Assembly (NCBI GenBank): GCA_051382335.1
Contig: JBBCAX010000158.1
Location: forward strand, 1 to 28,222
Direction of reading: 5' to 3'
Source: Deltaproteobacteria bacterium TL4
GTDB lineage: Bacteria > SAR324 > NAC60-12
Length of the DNA: 28,222 nucleotides
Part shown: in pieces, positions 19,563 through 28,222 of the stretch
Layout of the letters: every line of letters starts with the position of its first letter
How positions within the stretch are numbered: the stretch's first letter is position 1
Translations under genes and position numbers: made by a program
The notes under the pieces: model-generated
What the model saw: the letters and a program-made list of their open reading frames with translations, nothing else
Database searches by the model: none
Told to the model about the DNA's origin: nothing

Positions 19563-19826
19563 TCAGGATTGAAGGGCGGTTTGAGAATATAAACTTTTTG
19601 CCAAATATTCTTTATAGTTCTCTGATAAATCTCCTGGACCCGGAGCACATCCAATGAAGCCATTCTTTTTCATGATCTCCAGCGGACTTTGTTGATTGAT
19701 AGTCAATTGATCATAATCCAAATCCAGGGCTTTTTTGATAATATCTGTCAGGGAATCCTGAGTTGTTTCCTTCAGGAATTCAATCTTGTAAGCACTCTGA
19801 TCATCTAATTGTGCATTGAGTATCAT
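19563..19826 (-). CDS. CopG/RHH-like antitoxin-type DNA-binding protein (orphan)
   Basis: ILNAQLDD...SLTDIIKKAL RHH-like N-terminus and C-terminal GFIGC...DLSENYKEYL tail, typical of CopG-family antitoxins. ATG 19826 is preceded by GGAG. Confidence 0.72.
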   Translation of the reverse strand: MILNAQLDDQSAYKIEFLKETTQDSLTDIIKKALDLDYDQLTINQQSPLEIMKKNGFIGCAPGPGDLSENYKEYLAKSLYSQTALQS

Positions 19827-19952
19827 ATGAATCTCCAAAAACATTGTATTGAGTATCACGCATTGTAAGACGTTTGTAATAGGGTCGCAAGAAAAAGAGA
19901 GGTGTTGCTCACTACCAAGTTAAAAACGCAATAACGCAAGCCAGACCCTTGT

Positions 19953-20183
19953 CTATGCAGTCAGATCGAAATATTTAAATGTTTTTTCAATGCCTCCATC
20001 AGGATTTTCACGAATTTCATCCATTTTTTTGATTGCATCAGGATTATAAAACGATTCACCACAGTTTTTGCACGAAATCAAAGGGACTTTATCGATAATC
20101 ACTGTTGATCCTGACATCGTTTTGACAACTTGTGTGGTTAATATTTCCCTTGCTCTATCAGTTTGACAACTCGGACATATCAT
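19953..20183 (-). CDS. YgiT-type zinc finger protein (MqsA N-terminal-like, no HTH)
   Basis: MICPSC...IIDKVPLISCKNCGESFY. ATG 20183 has RBS GAGGAG, 1 bp after the upstream stop. Confidence 0.85.
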   Translation of the reverse strand: MICPSCQTDRAREILTTQVVKTMSGSTVIIDKVPLISCKNCGESFYNPDAIKKMDEIRENPDGGIEKTFKYFDLTA

Positions 20184-20184
20184 A

Positions 20185-20478
20185 TTAAAACTCCTCAAAA
20201 ATGGTGATGATGATCACATCAGAAACTTCTTTCACAACAACTCCGATTTTTCTATGATCCTTTGCTTTACCATGAATTACCCATTTCCACCCTCCTGTTT
20301 GATCACCCTTTTGCCGAGCAACAATTCTTCCACTTAAAATTCCATGGATCATATCACTTTCCTTGAACCCATCATTCATCATTTCTTCATAAGCATGTTG
20401 GGTGATTCGATAATGCTGATTCTTAATTTTTTCTTGAATCCTTGAAAGTGTTTTACTGTACATTAAAATCTCATTCAT
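20185..20478 (-). CDS. DUF4258 domain protein (putative RelE/MqsR-like toxin)
   Basis: YRITQHAYEEM, I..G.I, KWVIHG, R.IGVVV, IIITIF pattern. Paired with a YgiT-type zinc finger gene. Confidence 0.82.
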   Translation of the reverse strand: MNEILMYSKTLSRIQEKIKNQHYRITQHAYEEMMNDGFKESDMIHGILSGRIVARQKGDQTGGWKWVIHGKAKDHRKIGVVVKEVSDVIIITIFEEF

Positions 20479-20567
20479 TCCATCTGGTCACCTTTTGCAG
20501 GATAAACCGCAACAGGGTATGTATACTCAACGGTGGCATAAGTTAAACTTTTATTATCTCTGTTTTT

Positions 20568-20597
20568 ATTATAGCCTGAATTCACTGGAGTTGGCAA
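20568..20597 (-). promoter_or_regulatory. Putative sigma70 promoter for the DUF4258/YgiT pair
   Basis: On the minus strand TTGCCA (20597-20592), 18-nt spacer, TATAAT (20573-20568), about 90 bp upstream of the DUF4258 start. Confidence 0.65.
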
Positions 20598-20685
20598 ATC
20601 AAGATTTTTTTCTCTGCGGCTCCATTTTACCGCTGCTGGAGCAGTAAGACCAGGTGCGAATAAAAACGTTAAGTACAAGCAAAAA

Positions 20686-23600
20686 TCAGCGTTGAACCTG
20701 GTTTCCATGCTCACGCTTCTGCTTCGCGAAAAAGTCCCAGGCGATGCGGTAATCGGTTTCACGGTTGGCCAATGCAAAAGGCGCGGTGTACGTGCGGGTG
20801 CGGATTTGCGGGCCGCCGGGTTGGGTGTCATCGTTCACGGTAGTGGTGACGGTACTGCCTACAGGTAAGGTGCCTGCCTCTTGCATTTGACGCAAATCCT
20901 CCCAACCAAATTTTTTAGTTTGGGTGCGGCCTTCAGGAAACATGATCGTCACATCCGCTGAATTCCGGCTGCCTTTGCGAGGCAAACCAACCCCGACCAA
21001 GCCTTTGCTGTTAGTGAAAACAATCCGTCCCTTCAGGTCATACCAAGTATCTCGTTCGTACCCTTGCATCACTGGAAACTGCACCCGGTAAATCAGCAGC
21101 AATTCCTCCAACGTCAAACCCAAAGCTTGCGCCACCAGTACATCAATTTCCACCAGCGCCATGCGGCGGGCATAGTCACTGCGCAAGGCACAATGTCGCT
21201 GCCATTCAGGAGTCAGCGCCCTGAAGAAGACTTGCGGCAACCGAGGGTTTTCCTGCTGGCTTCAGCGTTGTTGGGTGAAATCGAAAGTGAAGACTTCTTC
21301 CCAGAGTGGTGCGTAATGCTTGGTCAGGCAGTTGAGAGCGAGCGCACGAACTGCAATATCTGAAGTGAGTGTTTGTGGAATCGGAAGCTGGCTGACAAGG
21401 CTCTTATTTGCGTGCCCCATGCCAGTCGATTTCACACGGAAATCGACAGGAATTGACTGACTGAATGCGAGAAATCCTGACAATTCCTGAGTTGATTTAA
21501 AAACATGCCCAAAGCAAGTATGTACTTGTCCTACACCTGGCGGCACCAATGTGGTAATTAGGGTGCGTTCTGATGATGGCCCAATCATCTCCCGATTTAC
21601 CAGTCTAAAATACTCCGTCACCCGTTTTTGACGCCAGCGTTGGACGGCTACGGCTTGGCCTTTTTGATTCTCGTGCCGAGCTTGTTCCTCCAGTGTGAGT
21701 TGATTCCACGGCAGTGTTACTGTTTCGGCTTCCTGCCAACTGACCCGTGGAGTACGGCGTTCGTATTCTTCCCGGTCTGCCATCGGACGGTAGTTGCTGC
21801 GCGGCAGATAGTCGTCCGGAAGAGTTTCGAGGTTGAGCGGATCGTAGGCCTGGTTATGATTGCAAATAGCACGAGGGGTTTTGTTGAAGGGGTTCGCCAG
21901 GAAAAAATGCGGACCGGACAACACCCACTCTTCCGGTGCAACGGCAAACGGCGCACTACGGTCGGTGTTACGGATGATCGTGCCGTCATGTTGCTGCATG
22001 GTTTCGTGCCACATCTCAGTGGAAAAATAATCATCTCCCAAATCGCCTAACCTGCGTGGATAATCAGCCAATTTTTTCAAGACACCAGAGAGTTTTCCCG
22101 TGTGCAAGGCCGGGAGACGGGCGCGGCGCGGCGGAGTGCCAGGTTCATCATAGAGTTGGGCAAAGACGGTCAACTCCTGATCCGAGACTCGAACAATGCG
22201 GTCAGCATGACCGACTGTATTCCATTTCCCTTGTTCGTTTTTGTAACCACCTACAATGCCTTCGCCATCATGTGCATAACAGGCATCCACGGTAGCTGGC
22301 GAAAATAAATTAGCAATCTGATCAAAACTGGTCTGTATCTGCTGAGAACCATACACGTTGATGCTGTATTTGGTATGGTGATCTACCTCGGCAAAGAGCT
22401 GAAACTCATTCACAAACTGAAAATGTGCTCGCAACCGGGCATACACCGCTTCACGCAGAAATCCCCCATCTGGATCATCGTAAGGGCTTTCCGGGTGAAG
22501 GTAGCCCACCACCCCCTGATTGTTGACCAGCATCCAACCTAACGGAATAAAGCATTTATAAAGGTTGGCTTTCATGCCTTTGAGCAAAGGATAATTCTGC
22601 ATGGCATTGAGGAAATTCTGGGTGGCTTCCGCTTCTTCAAGTTCCGCTGTCCACTCATCTTGCAGTGTCGGAAATTCGGCAAAGGCCGCGCTGCGTTGTC
22701 GGGCCAGTTCGGTGGCACTGAGTTTGCGAATGGCGACCAGCGGATTGGCTTCTCCGAGCACACCGGCTTCGTTCCATTCCACCTTGATCCAGGGCGGGTT
22801 ACCCAGGACTAAATCAAAACCTCCTCTTTGTTGGAAGACATCGGCAAAGGTCAATTCCCAGTGCAGGAAACGCCGAGTTTGGGCAATGGCTTCCACGGTA
22901 GCGATACGGGAAAAGTTTTGGCGGAGTTTGCTGATGCGGAGTTGACCGAATTTATCATGTAAACGGGGAGGAGTCCCCGTCAGAGAGAGTGTGGGCTGGA
23001 CGGGTCCAAAAAAATCACCTTGCAATTCGGGCAGCAGTTCAAGGGTCACCTCTGGTTTTTCTTCCAGATCGAATTGGGTTTGGGGGTTAAGATCGACGAT
23101 ATTGCCTTCGAGAATCGCGCCTATTTCAAGCCACCACTGTTCACGGCTGGGCAAGTCGGCGCTTTGGGTGATCGGCCAAAACCACAAGGCGCACCAATAA
23201 TCCATGACGAGTTTGAGACGGCGGTAGGAGGTCGCAAGGTCGCCGTCATCGTTCAGAAAACCTTGTTTCCGAACCGCTTCTTTCTGCGCTCGGGAGGTCG
23301 TTCTTCCCGTCGTGTCAGCAGGCCACAGGGGAACCAGGTCTTCGGTACGACTCCGGTCTTTGATCAAACGCTGAGTGTGTTCTTCCCAGAGATAGTCAAT
23401 GACTTCTGAGAGCTGTTGCAGGCGTTTAAGCTCATGAGTTTCCAGTGGCTGAGTAAAAGTTTTGCGCCAGGTATTGATACGTTTAAATTCGTCAGGATAA
23501 AGGGCTTTGGCGACTTTATCACTGTAGTTGGCCATACCGGGATCAGGGAGCAGGAAGTGATAGATTTCGTCTTTTTCGCGTGGCGCGCGATCACCACCGA

Positions 23601-25803
23601 TCAATGATTGAGGGGCCAGTCGACGCGGAGCCGTTTTGTACCAGGCAAGCTTGAAGCCTTTACGTAAGTGGCTGGCGGGATAGACCTCACGACGGGATCC
23701 AATGAGGCTGTTGCCCTCAAACAACTGGTAACCAAACCAGGGCACATGCGTTGGTTTGAGGGGTTGACCGGATTCAGACGGTTCCCCATAAATGGCATTG
23801 AGCCAAAGACTGACTTCGGCCAGTTCAGTCGCAATGGGGTTCAAATCGACACCATAAGCATTGAGGTCGGCAATGTACATGCGGGTTTTTTGCAGTTCCA
23901 GCGGGTATTGTTCGTGAGAAACGCGGCGTTTCAATTCGGTTTGTTTTCGTTCCAGGTAAGCTTCCGCTAATTGGTTAATGGCCTCATTCAAAAACGCGGC
24001 GCTGCCCATCGCAGGTTCAACCAGCGTAAGTGTCAGAATTTCATCAGCGCTTTTGTCCTTCAGCAATTCTTTGAGCGCGTATTTCACCAAACAACGGGTG
24101 AGCACTTGAGGGGTATAGTAACTGGCGCTTTTTTGCCGGTCGCGTCCCGCCAGACGATAGATGAAGGTATCACGCGGATATTTTCGCAGACTTTTACGAC
24201 CGTGTTCATCTACATCATGCACTCGTTCGGCAGGTTCGTATTGATCAATGCGGCTGGCCGGGACAAACCAGGCAGAGTCCATGAGGTCGGTGCTGCCTCC
24301 TCCGCTGCTGTCTTCCTCCTTGTTCTCGTCAAGATCGTCCTCATCGTTACTTTGTGTTGTTTTTTTAGGCTTAGGCTGGACCTCGTAAAGGTCTTCCTTC
24401 GCAAAGAATCCCCGATAAGAGAGCAAGGCTTCATACACCGCTCCCAGTTGGTTGATCGACAGCAATTGATAACTCACTCTGCCTTTGCTGCGGCCACCGG
24501 AGAGAGACATCAGCCGAATGACGCGCTGCCAGACATGATTGGGAAAACGCACCTGATTGAGCAAAGGCGTGGACGCCGGGTCAAATAACTTGCTGTCGAG
24601 CGGAGCTAACGTGAAGGCTTCTTTGAGACTTCCTGCGGTAAGGCTTGGCTGCACGGCAGTGCTGCAACCCTGGTCTATCAATGAAAACAGGCGGCGCAGT
24701 GTGGTATCAAAATACATCCCGTCACGAGCCGTGGGCGTGTTGAGTTGGGTGAGCTCCAGATCCCGCAGAGCTTCGAGGCTGTAACCTTTAGCGTAGATCT
24801 CGCTTTTTTGGATGGGCACATACCCGAGTTCCGGACGGGCTTCGATGTAAAACATGAACAGCAGACGATAGACCAGACGCAGACATTCCAGACTCAGATC
24901 AGCCACATCCACGGCATCTTTTCCGCTATAAAATCCCTGTTTGTTCGCCTGTGCTTTTTTTCGTAGTTGCTGTACCGCTTCATTACCAAGAAGCTCGATG
25001 GCTTCGCGCAAGGCATATTTAAGGTCATCGCTCACACTGAAAGCGTGCTTGTGGGCATTTTCCTCCAAGCCTTCCAGCAAACTGGCTCCCTGGCCTGGAG
25101 CAAGACTTTCATGGTGCAGTAAAGCTGCAGCAGCCTGCAGGGTCGCCGTGTCTTTGCGGTCGAGAATTTCGGTCCAGTCAAAACGCAGCAGACGGTTGTT
25201 GGGCCATTTGTAACGGTCAAGCAACAGCCATTCTTTGAAGCCCACCAGAATGACATAACGTGGCGCATTTTGAGCTCCCAGCAGAGCTTCGGAGACAATT
25301 TCCAGCCAACTCAAATTTTTGAGAGCTTTGGGAACTTCCTGTCCGCCATAATGAGAGAGAGTAAGTGTGTGATCAAGGGGATCGCTTTCTTCCTGTCCCG
25401 GTTGATACGCCGGTACAATAACGAGTTGAGGCGCCTCGTGCTGCTGCCCTAGTACCACCCAAACCGGCAGAGGCATTCCTCCCTGGAGTTCGATTTCTTG
25501 AGGCTGCACGTGGTACCCCAGTGCTTCCAGCAAGGGACCATGCAACTGAGCGTGGCTATTCAAGCGCGCCTGATCTTCTCGCTGTCGGGTGTGGCTGGTC
25601 AGTCCCGCAAACCATTTACCGCCCAAACCGGCAATACGTTTATGAGGAGCACGAGCAGCGGCATCCGCCTCTTCCGCTGCCTGCCATCTTTCAATCAAAG
25701 TGCGGATATCGCCTTTGAATACTTCTGCCAGGTAGTGGTGTCCATAGAATTCGTTTTCGTTAGTAATCCCGGAGAAGGGCTGAACAGCGTGGGCTACGGG
25801 CAT
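20686..25803 (-). pseudogene. Large Eco57I/type IIG-like amino-DNA methyltransferase (about 1705 codons) split by one in-frame TGA
   Basis: SASYYTP, motif I EPAMGSAAFL, YGVDLNP, FLHWEL, motif IV GNPPW and KANLYKCF. The TGA at 21262-21264 is followed in frame by SQQENPRL, continuing into ORF 20686..21240 (ALRSDYARRMALVEIDVLVA...QFPV...YERDTWYD). Confidence 0.88.
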
Positions 25804-25825
25804 AAGATTTTCCTTGTCAGATAAT

Positions 25826-28049
25826 TTATGGCACTACTGCGGCTAAAACCTGAATAAACGGTTGCGGCTCGGTGGTCATGGTGTCTTCTACCCATTGGCG
25901 GTATTCATCGAATACTTTACGAATTTTCTGGGTACGTTGTTCCCTGCGAGACTTTTTGAATTGTTCAGCCTGTTGATTCGCGGCAAGCCGCAACTCCAGT
26001 TGCTCAATTTGTTTGTCTTGCAGACGCTCAAGATCCACCAAAGTTCCTGCCAATCGCTGTTTCATATCTGCGTCAAAGTGGCGTTGACGATCAATCATGT
26101 ACCGCTTCATGACATCGACAGCGTCAGGTAATTTTCTTTGCAGTGTCTCTGTCTCAATCCCTTGACCCCGGTTTGGTAATACTCCGGCTTCCAAGCCGAT
26201 ACGAGTGACAAAATCTTGAAAGGCTTCCAAATTAAATTTTTCAGTCCCGTGCTGAGTAACGACCTGCCACTCCATTAGCAGAGGTTGTCCCTTGAGGTTA
26301 GGGATCAATCCAATCAGAATAAAAGCACGTTCATCCGTTGCGAGTTTGGGTGACTGAATCACTGGAGCACTGTGGCGTCCAAAAGCAGTGAGTACCCGAT
26401 CTGAAAGCCAGTTCATCATTGGATGCTGTGGCCAAAGATAATGCAGTGAAGGCCAGCTTTCGTCTTCCAATTTGGCTTGGCGTGCTTCCTCAATGGCACT
26501 GATCATGCGCTCTTTGCTAGCACATAAAGCGTAACGATGATCACTTACTTGGACTTCTATCGGCAGGGAGCGTTTTAGGCGTTCTTGTAGATCAACTGGA
26601 GCGGTAAGTGTGATGGTTTGGCTATCGTCATCCGTCGTGAACTGAGCCACAGGAGTGGGTTGTGAAAGCTGTTGCAAAGCGGTTTTGGCAAAGATGTAGT
26701 CTCCCGAAAATAACGAAATTCCCTCACAAACGGAAGCAAGACTCGTGGGTTCTGAGGCTTTAGCGTTCTCACCCGCGGCAAACAAATGGAGCAACCAATC
26801 CCCCTCTTCTTCCCCACTGCTCTTTTGAGCTGCATCCAATGCCGTTTCAAATTCCTGGGCATCAACACCACTGGCCATCAATTCAGCAACTTTTTCGGCC
26901 TCTTTTTCCGGGTCGTACACATGAAGGAAAGAGGCGGGATCACCCAAGTCGTGGTAAGCTTGTTCATCTTTTTTTTGCAGGATTTCGAGAATACGTAGAT
27001 CCCCTTTGACGCGATCTACCGTCGTGGTGGTGAACAAGTAAACGATTTGAGGTTGGCGTGTTTGACCATAACGGTCAATTCGCCCATTGCGCTGCTGGAA
27101 CACCATGAGAGACCAAGGGAGATCAAAATGCACAAGACGATGACAAAAATAATGCAGGTTGAGACCTTCAGAAGCTACATCAGAACACAGTAACATACGT
27201 ATTGGGTCTTCCCGACGACCAAAGCGTTCAACCAAATCTTGTTGTTCCGTATCGGACAGGCTCCCATGCAGTATTTCAATCTGGTCTCTCCTCAGGCCCA
27301 CACCGTTGGGCAGCGACTTGACCAACCAGTTTAGCGTTTCAATACGTTCGGAGAAAATCACCAGTCGGTCATTCGGATCAGAAGGATCCCAGCAAAATTC
27401 AGGGCTTTTCAACTGCTGAATCAGACGCCGGAATTTGCTGAAACTGTGGGCGTCAATCTGGCGGAGAGCTGTAGCGAATAGTTCCAAGGCCTCAACTTCG
27501 TCTTTTTCATCATCGGTGCTGTTTGGTTTTTCCTGCAGCAGGGCTATACGTCGCAAGGTGGAATCGAGTGCGGCAAAGGAGCTGGAAAAGATGGCTTTTT
27601 GCATGCCTACCCGTTGCAGTTCCTGTTGTTTACCAGCCTTGTGCTCACCTTTCTGGGTAAAAGGAATTTCCAGTAAAGCGCGAAAGGCTGTCTCTTCTTG
27701 GTCCGTTGCCTGTTGTTGCAAACTTTGGGTAACACGGTCTTGGAAATCGCTGGAAACCTGATCACGGATATCCTTTTTGAATCGACGAATCACCAACCCT
27801 TTGTCGCAATAATCGTAGGGTGTGTAGTCATCGTGATCACTAATAGCGGTTGGATCAAGCAAGCTCATCAGCGAGGCAAAACTTCGGGCGGAACCATCAT
27901 GCGGAGTTGCCGACAGAAGAATAAGTGTATCCGAACGGCCAGCCAGCATCCTCGCCAATCGGGCACGGCGAGACATCCCGTCCTCATTACCGCGTGCCGC
28001 TACATTGTGGCATTCATCAATGATGATAATATCCCACCATGCGTTTTCG
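25826..28049 (-). pseudogene. SNF2-family (DrmD-like) helicase, 5'-truncated
   Basis: The frame extends upstream of ATG 27976 as ENAWWDIIIIDECHNVA (motif II). It also has LSATPHDG, VIFSERIET, SDVASEGLNL and QQRNGRIDRYGQ. Walker A and the N-terminus are missing; similarity stops at 28049. Confidence 0.88.
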
Positions 28050-28075
28050 GGTGGTGTCCCAGATTGACTTACAAA
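28050..28075. mobile_element. Putative IS terminal inverted repeat (IS1-family-like) truncating the SNF2 gene
   Basis: GGTGGTGTCCCAGATTGACTTACAAA begins exactly where helicase coding ends and AT-rich DNA starts. GGTnnTG starts are typical of IS1-family ends. No transposase is present in the window. Confidence 0.5.
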
Positions 28076-28199
28076 TCAAAAATAAATGTTTGTATTATCC
28101 TGGACTTTGAACATTTGATTCATGGTTTTAGTTTTAATTATTCAATAATATCAGTGGTTTTATTTTATGAATGAATTAATGCAAGGTTATTATTTCCCG

Positions 28200-28222
28200 T
28201 TTTTCAGGCCAAACCTATCATT
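28200..28222. repeat. 23-bp terminal direct repeat, right copy
   Basis: Identical to positions 1-23. Confidence 0.95.

Larger units (their letters stand above)
14239..28049 (-). other. Degraded DISARM-related (ARMADA-like) helicase-methyltransferase defence island
   Basis: Co-oriented SNF2 helicase, amino-MTase, YprA/DrmB-like helicase and UvrD helicase. Visibly higher GC than the left half. All four core genes are disrupted. Confidence 0.78.

Noticed and set aside
19881..19950. Small element bounded by AGGGTC...GACCCT
   Set aside because: A 6-bp inverted match with no target duplication, compatible with chance.
20475..20831. 118-aa minus-strand ORF, and the many short antisense or overlapping ORFs in the track (e.g. 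23971..24588, 18780..19415, 27698..28174)
   Set aside because: They overlap well-supported genes in other frames or cross the promoter region, and show no recognisable motifs. They are treated as shadow ORFs.
16349..21264. Alternative genetic code (TGA=Trp or TAG=Gln) suggested by two in-frame stops
   Set aside because: TGA, TAG and TAA all end intact genes elsewhere in the window. Each stop is one transition away from TGG or CAG, and the same operon also has frameshifts and deletions, so decay is the simpler explanation.
14239..28049. Canonical DISARM, BREX or Druantia call with gene symbols
   Set aside because: There is no DrmC PLD, no separate DrmA/DrmB, no PglZ/BrxC and no DruH/DruA-type partner. 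Only a related architecture is supported.
1..28222. Plasmid or phage genome
   Set aside because: Despite the terminal repeat, no rep, par, integrase, relaxase or virion genes are visible.

Overview
This is a bacterial window with two compositionally different halves. The left half (~480-14168, lower GC) is a signal-transduction region. It holds an Iap-like M28 peptidase lipoprotein, a 6TM class III adenylate cyclase, a bactofilin and a PilZ-REC protein. It also holds a minus-strand operon (REC-PAS histidine kinase, a cNMP/pseudo-HisKA/pseudo-HPt protein, a REC-PP2C phosphatase) and, divergent from it, an NspS/PotD-like polyamine-binding protein tightly coupled to a periplasmic-sensor/HAMP/GAF adenylate cyclase. 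That last pair resembles Vibrio NspS-MbaA but with a cAMP rather than c-di-GMP output, and is the best candidate for an undescribed system. The right half (14239-28049, minus strand, visibly GC-richer) is a decaying DISARM-related (ARMADA-like) defence operon: SNF2 helicase, large NPPW amino-methyltransferase, YprA/DrmB-like DEAH helicase and UvrD helicase. Every core gene is damaged by a nonsense codon, frameshift, internal deletion or IS-end truncation, and an AT-rich toxin-antitoxin-type cassette sits in the middle. Non-coding features include a 185-bp MITE with an 8-bp target duplication and an internal hairpin, an IS1-like end, and an exact 23-bp direct repeat at both ends of the window. 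All calls come from reading motifs and from recalled family knowledge; no searches were run.
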